Assembly (NCBI RefSeq): GCF_030028105.1
Contig: NC_092399.1
Span: forward strand, 7,254,001 to 7,318,000
From: Mobula birostris
Lineage: Eukaryota
Reading direction: 5' to 3'
DNA: 64,000 nucleotides
Below are positions 37,271 through 50,910 of this stretch, one piece after another. How positions within the stretch are numbered: position 1 is the stretch's first letter; the number at the start of each line of letters is the position of its first letter. The position numbers and the translations under genes were made by a program. The notes under the pieces are model-generated. The model saw only the letters and a list, made by a program, of their open reading frames with translations, had not been told where the DNA came from and made no database searches.

Positions 37271-40200
37271 GCTTCTCGATTCCCGCCATTGCCTGTAAGT
37301 TCTGTCTGTGATCCTTGTGGGGTTCCTCCAGGTGCTCTGATTTCCTCCCAGATTCCAAAGTCATGCAACTAGGATTAGGGTTGGTAACTTGTGGGTGTGC
37401 TGCGTTGTGGCCTAAAGTGTGGTGACACTTGTAGGCTGACCCCAGCACAATTCTCGCGGATCTGATTTGACGCAAATGACGCATCTCACCGGCACGTTTC
37501 AATGTGCATGGGTTTTCCCCGGGTGCTCCGGTTTCCTCCCACAGCCCAAAGAGGTACCAGTTGGTAGGTTAATTGGTCATTGTAAATTGTCCTGTGATTA
37601 GACTAGGATTAAATTGGGGCTGTGTGGCTCAAAGGGCCAATTCCATGCTGTATCTCAATAAATAAATAAAAATAAAGCTAATCTTTCCTTCACATCTTCT
37701 TTGTCTACTCTTCTATCTACCACTCCACATTTTACGGCATTATCCTGTGCAACCACAGGAGGTGTACTCTGGTCCTTTTACTTTTTCCCACTCCTCAGGA
37801 TTTTAATCATACATTCCAGGGTAAGCAACTATTCAATTGCGCTTCTTCCAATCTTACTTACGTACTCACTGCCCATTATGCCACTGGCATTTCGGGCAGC
37901 AATGAGGCTCCTCCATCTCTGGCGGTGTTCGGGGCTTCCTTCATCGTGTCAGTAGCTTCCTCTCGATTCTCACCACTGTCAAATCATGCAAGTCCCGGGA
38001 GGAGACTCGAGAATACCGTCGCACTCAGATGTAGACTGATTCTTCATTGCTGTTTCCGTAACAATTTTGTATTACTATTGAGGGTTGTTAGGCCTGAGCT
38101 GAACCCTAAACCTAGAGGTCTAGTGGACCACTCTTAGCCTGGCCTCTACCCTTTGACCTGTTTGCAGTGGGTGATCCGACCAAGAGCCAAAGCAGAAAGC
38201 CCTGACTCCAGCCAGCATAGCTCCTTGGGTCATTAAGGCACGCAAGCCTCCAAGCCACGACACTAGATTGGAAGAATCTCCACTTGGGGTTTCTTCCAAT
38301 TTAGTACACTGCATTCTATGCTCAAGATGGTGTCCATCTCCCCATTGTTGAGAGATGGCTTTGTGGGGCATCTGCACTCCGTCTACAGACATGACCCTTA
38401 GCTCCCAGTTGCCCAACATTTTAATTCACTGTCCCATTCCCACGCTGATCTCTCTTTCTGTGACCCAGTCTAACAATTCACCTCCCATCTGTGCACAATG
38501 CAGCCTTCCATGTTTAATATTGAATTCTTTTAAGTCTGGATAACTTTCTTTCTGTTTGCATAAGAAGCATTTCTGCTTGCCATTCCTTTTTCTTCCTTCC
38601 TGTCTACAGTCTGGCCTGCTGAGCACATCTCAGTATACCACAATCGCATCAACAATAAATTATCTGTCCCACCAACACTTTACTGCTAACTTATATCTCT
38701 CTACCTTAGAATTGATTAACTGTTTCTCTTTCCACAGATGCTTTCCACATAAGATCCACTGAGATGCAACATAGAGCGTAATAGGAAGTCATTCCTGCCT
38801 GTGGCCATCAAACTTTACAACTCCTCCCTTGGAGGGTCAGACACCCTGAGCCAATAGGCTGGTCCTGAACTTATTTCCTGGCATAATTTACATATTACTA
38901 TTTAACTATTTATGGTTTTATTACTATTTATTTATGATGCAACTGTAATGAAAACCAATCTCCCTCGGGATCAATAAAGTATGACTATGACTATGAATGC
39001 CTGATCCTCTTTTTTTTTTAGCAGTTTCCGTTTTGTTTTTGTCCTACACACTAGATCCACCAACTTAACATTAACTCATTGTGCAGACTCAGAAGCTCGA
39101 CGGGCCGATAAGCGCCCCCTCCCGCCCCATTTTGCCGGCCGGTGGTGTAGTGGCACCCACGCCGGACTTTGAGGCAAGTGATCCCAGGTTTGAATCCGGC
39201 CAGCTCCTTGTGCACTTTCTAGCTGGGTCGAGTGTCCAGCCAGCAACTCGGCCTCATAAAAAAACAGACAAAATGCTAAGGAAACGGCTTAGTTTGCCAC
39301 CTCTTTGCCACAGGGCGCAGAGAGGAATACCAAAATGTCCCCATTAATTCATTACAACTCATCCTATGAGCCAGTCCCTTTGTTCTGCATGTCTGTCCTT
39401 CACTTTCTCTCCCACTTTAACTAAATTATGTGTCTCTTTTTCTGAGTTCTGATCACAGGCTCAAAAATTGGTAGTCTATTCATAGATGCTGCCTGACCTG
39501 CTGAGTTTTCCAAGCATTTTCTATGGTAATGGGAAATACTACATTTAGTTTTTGACAAGTGACAAGCAATTAGATTCAACAAGTTGTATGTGTATTCCTT
39601 TTCCTAAATGATGAGCATGAGAGAACTTTAGATTCCATAAGACATAGGAGCAGAATTAGGCCATTTGGCCCATCGAGTCTGCTCCACCATTCCATCATGG
39701 CTGATTTATTATCCTCCTCAACCCCATTCTCCTGCCTTCTCCCCATGTGGAGTTAAGCAATTGCCTAATATCTGTGGTGCAACTGGAATGAAGTGGCTAC
39801 AGTGTCTACTTGTGTGTTCCTTTGAATCGACAATAAGCGTATGGACATTGAGCACATCTACGTGAAACGCTGTTGCAGGAAAGCAGCATCCATCATCGGG
39901 GACCCCTACCACCCAGGACATGCTCTCTTCTCGCTGCTGTGATCCAGGAGGAGGTAAAGGAGCCTCAGGACTCGCACCACCATGTTCAGGAACTGTTCCT
40001 AACCTTCACCCATCATACTCTTCAACCAAAATTCACTTGCCCCAACATTGAGATGTTCCCGAAACCAATGGAATCTCTGTCAAGAACTCTTCATCTCATG
40101 TTCTTGATATTTATTGTTTATTTATTTATTATTATTATTATCTCTTATGATTTGCGTAGCTTGCCTCCTGAACTCTGATTGAACCCCTAGTTGCTTGGTT

Positions 40201-40809
40201 TGTCATTGATTCTGTTATGATTATTATTTTATAAACTTATTGAGTATGCCCACAGAAGAATGAATCTCAGGATTGTATAGGGCGACATATACTGTATGCA
40301 CTTGGTTACTAAAGTTACTTTGAACTTTGACTCAGTAAAGGAAATAAACTGTTTAAAATAAGTACAATATCTTTATTCATGATAAAAAATAATATGGAAC
40401 AGCAGGTGGCAGCAAAAGGAAGGGAAATGTGGATGGTCCTTAAGGTGTGGGTGGGTTGTGGCTCTACGAATGAGCAGTGAGATCTCCGTGGGCGAGGGAT
40501 ATGTAATGAGGTAGTTCAACATAGAACGGGGCAGGAGCAGGCGGGTGAGTGATGTAAGCGGGAACTGCATTAGCAGCAGTGAGGTACAGAAGAGCACTTG
40601 GCAAGGTTAGTCAGTGAAAGAACGGTCAAGTATAAGTGAGAAGAGGGCGTGGGTGAGTACCGACGCTCGAGTGGGCAGCTGTCGTAGGAGGGCAATAATG
40701 TAGGAGTGACCAAGTGATGTGGGTGAGCTGTGAGTGCGCCGAGAGGCTTGGCCAGGCAGGGGAATCAAACAAACAGTCCATTGGCAGTAATGATGGTGGC
40801 TGTGCTTGA

Positions 40810-41048
40810 CTAGTTATAAAGGATCTCCAGCAGCAGCTCACTCATGTCGGCTGCTCCGATCACTGGCCTGAAAAAGAGTTCTGTTATCAGATCAGCACTG
40901 ATGGTCTTCAGGCCGGAGATGGTGATTAAAACGTGGGCAAAGCGGCTGTTGTCCTTGGAAGGAAGAGGCATCAGGACCTTGTGGAGTACGCGCTGTGCCT
41001 CGTGCTGAAGGCTTTCAATGTAATCTGGAGCTTGGAGTCCCGGTAAAT
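40810..41048 (-). CDS. NR0B2: NR0B2/SHP exon 2
   Basis: cttttatag| (D)LPGLQAPDYIESLQHEAQRVL-RFAHVLI-LITELFFRPVIGAADMSELLLEILYN*. 239 nt. Confidence 0.94.
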
Positions 41049-41999
41049 CTATAAAAGAAGCACAAGCAAGATCAGATGCAAAGCCCATGCAATGGAGCTA
41101 GAGGCCTATGAAGAATCAGAGCATTTTATTGAAAGGATCTGACCTTCAAGTTGGTTTAGAATTTGTTTTCACTGTCTGAAATGAATATCATATTCATTTA
41201 ATTTGTTTCCAGGATACTCAGTGATTAAATCCATTTTTAGGTTTAACACCATTTGACCCTGAGAGGTTACATCCAAAACAGAGTCCCTACTTGAATCCTC
41301 ATTTGGGTTCGGCATCACAGTAAGGATTCATAACCAGAAAATCAGGCAGTTTAAGTTGTGCTCTGTTGATAATGCAGAGGACCCAAACACCCCAAAAGTG
41401 GTGGAAATACTGAAGAACAACGAAAGATAGGAATTTTAAAAAATACTATCTGAAATTATTAATAAATAATCACACAACCCCCCAAAATGCATAATTATTT
41501 TTGACAATATCCTTGACAAAAGTTGACAGTACCTCCAGACTGTGAACCTTCAGCTCAAACTACTGCTAACATACAGTATTATTTACTTAGTACGACAAAG
41601 AAGGGTTCAGTCCGTTGAATCTGTGCCAGCCCTCAAGAACGCAATCCCAACCAAATCCCCTCTCATTTCTTTCCCCGTCGCCCTGCAACTAACTTCTCTC
41701 TCTGACACACACACACACATTCACACTCACACTCACACTCAACTCCCTGTTGATTTTGCTTTGCCACACCAGCTAGGGTAGTTAGTATTAGCCAGTTAAC
41801 CTACTGTCACATGTTTGGGATTTGAAAAGAAACCTATGGAAATTCACACGGAGAACACAGCAACTCTACACAGATAAAACCAAGCCCTGGATGCCAAAGC
41901 AGTGAAGCAATAGCTCTAACTACTATGTCACCCCACTGCTAATGTTCCAGTCACAGTAATGTTACTGTTGGACTCCTGTAAACTAATTTATTTTGTGTA

Positions 42000-42622
42000 A
42001 ACACACACAAAGAGCTGGAGGAACTCAGCAGGTCAGGCAGCATCTATGAAAATGAATAAACAGTCAACATTTCATGCCGAGACCCTCCATCAAGACGGGA
42101 AAGGAAGGGGGTAGACACCAGAATAAAAAGGTTGTGGGGAGGAGAAGGAAGACAAGCTAGAAGGTGATAGGTAAAGCCAGGTGGGTGGGAAAGGTAAATG
42201 GCTGGAGAAGGAGCAACCTGATCGAAGAGGAGTGCAGACCATGAGAGAACAGGAAGAAGGAGAGGCACCGGGGGGACACGATAGGCAGGGGAGGAGAAAA
42301 GGTAAGAAGGGGGCCAGACTGGGGAATTGAACAACAGGGAAGGGGGGGGGAAATTACCATAAAGAGAAATCAATGTTCATACCATCAAGCTGGAGGCTAC
42401 ATAGACGGAGTAGAAGGTGCTGCTGCTCCAACCTGACAGTGGCCTCATCATGGCAGAAGAAGAGGCCACAGACTGACATGATGGAATGGGGATGGGGATA
42501 GGAATTAAAATGGTTGTCCACCGGGAAATTACACTTTTGGTGGAGAGTGGAGGTGCTTGACAAAGTGATCCCCCAACTTACGTCAAGGCCACATTGGGAG
42601 CACCAAATACAACAGACAATCC
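42000..42622 (-). mobile_element. Penelope-like 3' fragment in the NR0B2 intron
   Basis: Degenerate GIY-YIG C-terminus (NHFNS-CHDEATVRLEQQHL-LQLDGMNIDF) and degenerate hammerhead at 42061-42097. Confidence 0.8.
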
Positions 42623-42713
42623 CTATATTTTTGGTGTAAATATGGCACTATTACAATTCCTTTAGTTCATTACATATACTAGAGTAAAGAAAAAATAAAG
42701 AATATTAAGTTAC

Positions 42714-43242
42714 CAGGGTTGAAGAGGATTGCTCCTTTCAGATATGCATACTCTGTTGGATTCAGATCCAAGCCCCACAACTTGTGCAGACACATTTTAA
42801 CTCTCTGCACACCAGCAAGCGTTGGCTGCCTCCTTTCCTCTTTCTCGGTCTTGATCAGGCCTTGCCCATTCAGCAGGATTCTCTTCAGCATACTGTGGCC
42901 TGGGGTCTCTATCACGTCAAAGCTCACTCTCTCTTGGGCCAATCCCAACAAAAACAACGGGGTCCAGCAGTTTTCCAGTAACAGCAACTGGTCTGCTCTG
43001 GGAAGGTGGTGGAACGAAGGAAGGTTCTTCATAAAACTTACTGTCTTCACCAGCACGTCGGATACCATCTGACAGGTAACCTGCGGAGTTCTCAGACAAA
43101 CAGTCCGCCTAGTTTCACAGGAGCAGCTGTGATGTGAGAAGTGCAGGTGTCTCTGCTGGCTCAGGATAGTATATAAGATTGCACTCTGTCTCACTCCAGA
43201 AACGCATTGGCATTTATCGAGCAGAAGACTGACGCAAGCCAT
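42714..43242 (-). CDS. NR0B2: Small heterodimer partner (nuclear receptor 0B2), exon 1; spliced protein 255 aa
   Basis: ATG at 43242. No DNA-binding domain. NR boxes AILYTILS and SMLKRILL, KTVSFMKNLPSF, CWTPLFLLGLAQ, EYAYLKGAILFNP|gtaact. 529 nt. Lies between GPATCH3 and NUDC as in mammals. Confidence 0.95.
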
Positions 43243-43490
43243 AACCTCCTCACTGCCAAGTTGAAGTCGCTCTGAACTTAGCACTCAAATAGCACTACGC
43301 GATGATATTAGCAGCTCAATACAGTTATGACTTTAACTGGAATCTAAAGTCCCCAGCTTGCAACACTCCAATGCAATTGTTGTCATAGATGTGCTATGAA
43401 GGATTGGCTGAGAGAAGATCAAATATACTTGTCTCCAGCTCTCAGAACACTAACCTCCACTAACACCAAATGAGCTGGCTATATCTGACT

Positions 43491-43733
43491 CTATTTATAC
43501 TCAGTTCCCCACATTGTCTAAAAGTGACCTTGGCTTCAAGAGGCAAAGCAGCTTTCATTGACAAATAAACTCTCAGCAGATAATTGGCCATGCAACTTGT
43601 TACTATGGTGCAGGCAAGCAGCAGATTTCTTTTCAGTGATGCACCGGGTCAGACAGATGGAAGTGGCTTATCATGATAACCTGATGTCATGTAAATTGAC
43701 TTCTCACCCACCCTGTACATTGCACCAAGGCTA
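43491..43733 (-). promoter_or_regulatory. NR0B2 proximal promoter: TATA box and NR5A (LRH-1/SF-1) sites
   Basis: Minus-strand TATAAATAG at 43499-43491, CCAAGGTCA at 43533-43525, and plus-strand CCAAGGCTA at 43725-43733. Confidence 0.65.
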
Positions 43734-46700
43734 CACGTCGCCATTCACAGGACTTTCATCAGGCAAATCATGCATACTCAGTTACATAAATTGATACTGA
43801 GCATCCTAATTAGATAAGGATTGTTTCCTGTATGTAGTTTTGTAAACACCTTGAAGGAAGTGAACTCATAAACAATTTTACCTGATGTTAGATAGCTGAA
43901 CAAATAAAACAACCATTCTCACTAAATAGTATTATCTATTGTCAATCTTAGCTGAGTACATTAGTATCAGAAGCTTGTGAGTTACATTTACTGTCAAGCT
44001 CTTGCATAATCTCATATATTTCAATATAATTCCTCTTAATTCTTCTATATTTAGAGATTACGGGCCTGCGCTGCTCAATTGTTCCTCCAATGATGACACT
44101 TCGTCCTAGGAATCAGTCTAGAGAACACTCGCTAGAGCATCTTCAGGGCAAGTACATCTTTATCCAAGGAGTTTGAGGAGATTTGGCATGTCACCAAAGG
44201 CACTTGCAAACTTCTACAGATGTACCTGTAGGTAATGAGAGACATCGATCGTGTGGATAGTCAGAGGCTTTTCCCCAGGGCTGAAATGGCTAGCACGAGA
44301 GGGCGTAGTTTTGAGGTGCTTGGAAGTAGGTACGGAGGAGATGTCAGGGGTAAGTTTTTTACATAGAGAGTAGTGAGTGCGTGGAATGGGCTGCTGGCGG
44401 TGGTGGAAGCAATAGGGTCTTTTCAGAGACTCCTGGATGGCTACATGGAGCATAGGAGAATAGAGGGCTATGGGTAAGCCTAGGTTGTTCTAAGGTAGGG
44501 ACATGTTTGGCACAGCTTTGTGGGCCGAAGGGCCTGTGTTGTGCTGTAGGTTTTCTATGTACTGTGGAGAGCATTCTAATTGGCTGCATCTCCATCTGGT
44601 ATCGGGTGGGGTGGGGGAGGTGTTGCTATGCACAGGATCAAAGTAAGCTGCAGGAAGTTGTAAACTTAGTCAGCTCCATCATGGGCACTGGCCTCCCCAG
44701 CATCCAGGACATCTTCAACAAGTAATGCCTCAAAAAGCAGCTTCTTTCCCTCTGCCACCCGATTTCTGAATGGATATTGAACCTATGAACACGACCTCAC
44801 TACTTTTTTATTTCTATTTTTGCCCTACTCACTGTAATTCAGTTTTTATTATTATGTATTGCAATGTATTGCTGTCGCAAAGACAACAGATTTCACGACA
44901 TATGCTGGTGATATTAAACCTGATTCTGATTTTGATCATGATGTAATATTTTAGGTGCGTTCTCATCAAAGCCCTCTACGGTTTTTCAATATTTCCTTAC
45001 TATTATGCACCTTGCTCTTTCTAATAAACTCCAACATTCAATTTGCGTTGTGAATATTTTGCTGTGCTCACGTGCCAATATCTCAGCCTTCAATGGAGGC
45101 CACTGGGGCAACAACGGTCAGCAGCCAGGTTGGTGGCACTCAGACCCACATGGTCAATCTTCACAGAAGGACTATGTTTGTGTGGCTGCTCTCCTCGTAT
45201 GCTGACGGAAAGTTGTTTTCCACATTCTGAGACTGATGTGATTACTGGACTGTCGGTCTCCTTCAGTGTTCCTGTATTTTCTTTCTTGAGCTGATTGGCG
45301 GCTGGGTGATCTGTAAGTATTTTATGTGTGGGGAGGGTTGGGGGTTTTGACGCTACTGTCACTGTTCCTTTCTGTGAGTTGGGGGGGTCGGTGATTGTTA
45401 CTGTCACTGTTGTTTTTCTATCGGAGAGGGGTTGGGGATTTGTTGATATCGTCGCTGTTTTTTTCTGCGAGTGAGGGGGTCAAAGATTGCTACCGTCACT
45501 TGTGTTTCTGTGGGGCGGGGGTGGGGGATTTGATGCTATTGTCGTGTTTTTATTGCGGGGAGGGGGAGGGGTGGGTGAATTTTGAAGTTTGTGAATTTTG
45601 TTTCTTTTTCTTTTACGTGCTGGAGGGGGAGTTGATGTCTTTTCTTTCAACAACTCCCATGGTCTTTCTATATTTCATGGCTATCTGAAGAAGACAAGTA
45701 TCAGACTTGTATTGTACATGTACACTTTGACAATAAAATGAACCTTCGAACCTTTTTGAATCTTTTCGTTTATAACTCTGTATCGCCTCCAAACAATTAA
45801 ATTGTTTGGGCATTTCTATTCCCAGCAAAAGGGATAATTTCCCTGCATCATACTCTGCCAGCCATCAGTTTTATCCACTCATTAAAAATGCCTGTATTCC
45901 TTTATGTCCTTACAGATTACTTCTGCATTCATCTTTATATTGTCAGCATACTTACACTTAATCTGTCATTAATATTGATTGTAAGTACTATCTAATTTCC
46001 ATACTGATCCCTGAGGAAGTCAACTACTTAAGGTTTACCAAGAAGATGTTCATTCCTGATTTCTGTCCGTTAACCAATATTCAGTATATGTTAATACGTT
46101 ACCCTCAATCCCACAAAATCTTTATTTTGTGCAGCTTTTATGTTATGTCTTACTGCACGCTTTGTGGAAATCTAAATACTATAAATTATTTGTCTCTCCT
46201 TTCTCTACCTTATATCCTCAAAGAATTCCAATAAATCAGTTAAAATATTCTCCTTTCATATAATTAAGTTGACTCTGTTTAATCAGGTGATGTTTTGAAA
46301 AGTGCACCACTATAACTTTCTTAACAACGGACTTTTATTATTTTCTCATTTGATATCAAGGTAGCTGGACGACAGATCCCTATTTTCTTTCTCCTTGTTA
46401 CTTCAAAGTTTCAAAGGTACAAATAATGTCAGCGAAATGTACACAATATACATCCTGAAATGCTTTTTCTTCGCAACCATCCACGCAAACAGAGGAGTGC
46501 CCCAAAGAATGAATGAGTTAAATGTTTGAACCCCAAAGCTCCCTCCCACGCGTAAGCGGCAGTGACTAACGACTCCCCCTCCCTCCCCCCACCTGCAAAA
46601 AAAAACATCAGCACAGCCACCAAGCACTCAAGCGTGAGCAAAGCAAGGACACAGGCTTGCCGTTACCCAAAGACTTCGCGTTTCACCCGGTATTCGACAT

Positions 46701-47324
46701 CTCACAGGTTTTCTCTCTCCCTAATAAGGGAGGAAGAGATGTCTCCATTTTCCCAGCGAGCAGGGAGACATAACAAACAACTCGCTAGTTTACAATGTTA
46801 AAAGTCCATACGTCGCTTTTCTTGAGCTCTGTGCATGAAGATCGCAAAGATCCTATGTCTCCAGCCCTACAGTCGCAGATAACCCGACTCCCCCGATGGT
46901 ACTTTTGCACAATGATACCTTAACAGAACATATTTACCTTTCTTAGTGATATTAATTGTTTTTGTCCTTGATTTCACTTTTTCCAAGTTTACCAACTATA
47001 TTTTTGTATATTTTTTATGTGCAGAGTTAAAAAATAACATACAGCTTCCGTTATTAATTTTTTGTAAGCATCCTCAAAGGAATCTTTTTCTTTTATTGTC
47101 TTCCTTTGAGCTTCAATGTCAGGGATTAAACTTTACCTGTATTATCAGTTCAGTGAGGTCACAGTGAAGTCACGATAACTTGCTTCAGGTTATAATGAAT
47201 TTGCTTCAAGTTCATTATACATAATTTGCTTTGAGTCACTCTATCTGCTGTCCAGCTAGCTTGATATAAATTTTCAGAGAATGACTGAATCCATTGTTAC
47301 GGAACGAATTCATTTCCTGTTCTG

Positions 47325-47660
47325 TTAGTTACTACCAGTTATGCCGCTGGCATTTAGCACAGCAATGAAGCATCTCTGCCTGTCCTTGGCCATCTTCTCT
47401 ATTGTGCCCCAAGTGTGGTTCAGGGTCCTCATTTCTGCCTCTATGGTATGATGACAAGTTGACTTTGGTGTCCCACATTTCCTCCGCCCTTCAGGGGTCA
47501 AATGAAGTGCTGTCTTGATGATGGAGTTGTCCTCTCTTCTCATCAGGTACCCATTCCATCTCCAGCGTCTCCTCATGATGATTGTGGTCAGGTTCTCTTC
47601 TTGGTGACACTGAAGCAGTAGGCATGGTTGGAGACCTTTCTTGGCCAGAAAATACACAGG
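47325..47660 (-). mobile_element. RTE-clade LINE 3' end
   Basis: IMRRRWRWNGYLMRREDNSIIKTALHLTPEGRRKCGTPK-MAKDRQR-AVLNASG, a typical RTE C-terminus. Confidence 0.75.
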
Positions 47661-48849
47661 ATCTTTTGGAGGTTCATGGTGTGGAATGACTACACCTGGG
47701 TACTCAACTGAGTTTCCAGCTCTGATGATTCTCAAGCCAGATTTTGAATAAAGGTATCGAAGGATATGAGGCAAACACACTGGTAGGACAAGGGTATTAA
47801 AGGCTATGAGGCAGAAATATCAAGGGTAAAGTAGATATGGTAAAAGCATTGTTCTTCAGCATCTGCCCAGAGTTGTTAGTAAATTAAGTAGCCAGTTAAT
47901 TAAGAGTTGATATGGTCATTCCATTGTCACAGTCCCTCTGCTGATACAGTTACTCCTTTGGTGGTGTTCTCCATTATCCTAGTCAGGAACTCCATCCAGG
48001 CTCATTTGAAGAAAACCCTGCCCGATTTCCATCAGCATGTAAACTGTAGCACCGGAGGTCCCAACACACTAGACTGTTGTTATACTGAGACAAGAAATGT
48101 GTACTGTTCCATGTCCAGGCTACATTTCGGTCAATCGGATCACTTGGCTGTCCTTTACGTACCTGCATACAGACAGAGGCTAAAGAGTAAAGCTCCAGAC
48201 GTTAGGACAACCAAGGTGTGGTTGCAGGAGGCATATCCCGGATGGGAGGCACCACCAGGAACATACTCTCTTCTTGCTGCTGCCATCAGGAAGAAGGTAC
48301 AGGAACTTCAGGACCCACATCACCAGGTTCAGGAACAGTTATTACCTCTCAACCATCAGGCTCTTCAACTAGAGGAGATAAATTCACTCAATTTCACTTG
48401 TCCCATCATTGAAATGTTACGACAACCAATGGACTCACTTTCAAGGACTCCTCATCCCATGTTCTCGATATTTATTGGCTATTTATTTGTTATTACAATT
48501 ATTTCTTTCTTTTTGTATTTGCACAGCTACTTGTCTTCTGCACTCTGGATGAACTCCCAAGTTGTGCAGTCTTTCATTGATTCTGTTTTGGTTACTATGC
48601 TGTAGATATATTGAGTATGCCCACAAGAAAATGAATCTCAGGGCTGTATTTGGTGATATCAATGTACTCTGATAACAATTTACTTTGAACGTTGAACTTT
48701 ATCCTGCCTACTCCCTTGGCATGGTATCTTTACCCTGACCACTTTCTCAATGCAGTCTCCTCAGCAGCCTGTCTACCTTCCCTGCTTCCCTTCTTTTCTC
48801 AGTCTTGGAGGAGTGATGGTGGTGGTGGTGGAGGATTAAATTCCATCTA

Positions 48850-50335
48850 TCATTTTTCAGCCCAATTTCCCAGCTGATTCAGATTCCTCTGCAAGCCACG
48901 GTAGCCTTCCTCACTGACAACTACACCCCCGATCTTGGGGTCATCTGCAAATTTGCTATCCAGAATGTTGATATAGATGACAAACAACAATGGACCCAGC
49001 ACCGATTCCTGCAGCACTCTGCCAATCACAGGCCTCCAGTCAGAGAGGCCAACATCTACTGCCACTCTCTGGCTTCTCCCACAAAACCAATATCTAATTC
49101 AATTTACTACCTCATCTTGAATGCCGAGCCACTTAACCCTATTGGCCAACCTCCCACGCTGGACGTCCTCAAATGCCATGTAGGCAACAGCGACTGTCTT
49201 GCCTTCATCTACATCCCTGGTAACTTCCTCGAAAAACTATCCAAACACATACATCTGATCCCTTAGAATACCTTCCAATAACTTTCCCACAGCTGCTGTC
49301 AAACTCACCATCCCATAATTTCCTGGTTAACGTTTAGAACCTTTCTTAAACAGAGGAACAACCCTGGCTATCCTCCAATCCATGGGTACCTCTTCTGTCG
49401 CTAAGGATGGTTTAAATATCTCTGCTAGGGCCCCAGCAATTTCTGCACTTATTCTTGTAGGGTCCAAGGGAACACCTGTCAGGCCCTGGGGATTTATCCA
49501 CCCTGATTTACTTATACTGTAATTGACTTACTTGTTTATTTATTATTATTTTTATTTTATTTATTATTATTGTTTTTTTTTTCTCTCTGCTATATTATGT
49601 ATTGCATTGAACTGCTGCTGCTAAGTTAACAAATTTCATGTCACATGCTGGTGATAATAAACCTGATTCTGATTCTGACAGCACACTCCTCCTCCTCTAT
49701 AATCTGTAAAGGGTCCATGAAGTTGATACCACATTGCCTCACTTCTGTCGACCCTGTGTCTGTCTCCTGAGGAAATACAGATGGAAAAAAATTATTTAAG
49801 ACTCCCCCTTCTCTTTTGGCTCCTCACATGGATTACCATTCTGATCTTCCAGAGGATCAATTTTATACCTTGCAATCCTTTTGCTCCGAACATACCCGAG
49901 GAATCCCTTAGGATTCTCCATAAGCTTGTCTGTGAGGGCAACCTCATACCTTCTCTTAGCCCTCCTGCTTTCTTTCTTAAGTGTTCACCTGCATTTCTTA
50001 CACTCCACAGCACCTCATTTGTTCCTACCTGCCTGTATCTGCTATGCACCTTTTTTCCCTTAACCAGGGCCTCAATATCTTTTGAAAAAACAAAGTTCCC
50101 TATACCTGTTATCTTTACCTTTTATTCTGACAGGCACATACCAGCTTTGTACTCTCAAAATTTCACTTTTGAATGCCTCCCACTTACCAAGGAGACCATT
50201 ACCAGAAAACATCCCGTCCCAATCCACATTTGCCTGATCATTTCTGATACCATCAAAACTGGCCTTCCTCCAACTTAGAATCTCTACCTGCAGACCAGAC
50301 TTACCTTTTTTCCATATTTACTTTGAAACTAATGA
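48850..50335 (-). mobile_element. Degenerate CR1 ORF2 fragment interrupted by a short AT-rich repeat (about 49510-49678)
   Basis: SVLGPLLFVIYIN-SKFADDPKIGGVV and LDRKEL-type remnants. Confidence 0.75.
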
Positions 50336-50591
50336 AACCTTGTTGGATTTTTTTCCCCTAACTTTGCGTGACTTATCTCTGCAATTGGGTTCACCACTTT
50401 TCTGTGCAAGGGAAGTTAAAACTGAAGAAGTTACCTAGTCAGCTGTGACAGAAAGCGTGCACCAGGAAATTACCTGATCAACAATTAAACCTGGGATACT
50501 ATCAGTCATCATTTGGGCCACTGATTGTTCAGTTGAGCATATATAAGAAAAACACAATCCTTGTATTTATATACTGTACTGTATACCTTTT

Positions 50592-50910
50592 GGTGAGCAC
50601 ATGGCCAAGTGGTTGAGGCATTGGATTAGCTACCTGAAGGTTGTGAGTTCGAGCCCCAGCCAAGGTGATGTGTTGTGTCCTTGAGCAAGGCACTTAATCA
50701 CACATTGCTGTGCAACGACACTGGTGCCAAGCTGTATGGGTCCTAATGCCCTTCCCTTGGACAACATCGGTGGCGTGGAGAGGGAAGACTTGCAGCATGG
50801 GCAACTGCTGGTCTTCCATACAACCTTGCTCAGGCTTGCGCCCTGGATAGTGAAGACTTTCCGGGCGCAGATCCATGGTCTCGCAAGACTAACGGATGCC
50901 TTCGTATACC
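50592..50910 (+). mobile_element. tRNA-derived SINE
   Basis: A box tggccaagtgg, B box gttcgagccc, then gtgtccttgagcaaggcacttaa. Confidence 0.65.

Noticed and set aside
43322-43333. cagttatgactt as an FXR response element in NR0B2
   Set aside because: Spacing and half-sites do not fit IR-1, and it lies in the predicted 5' UTR.
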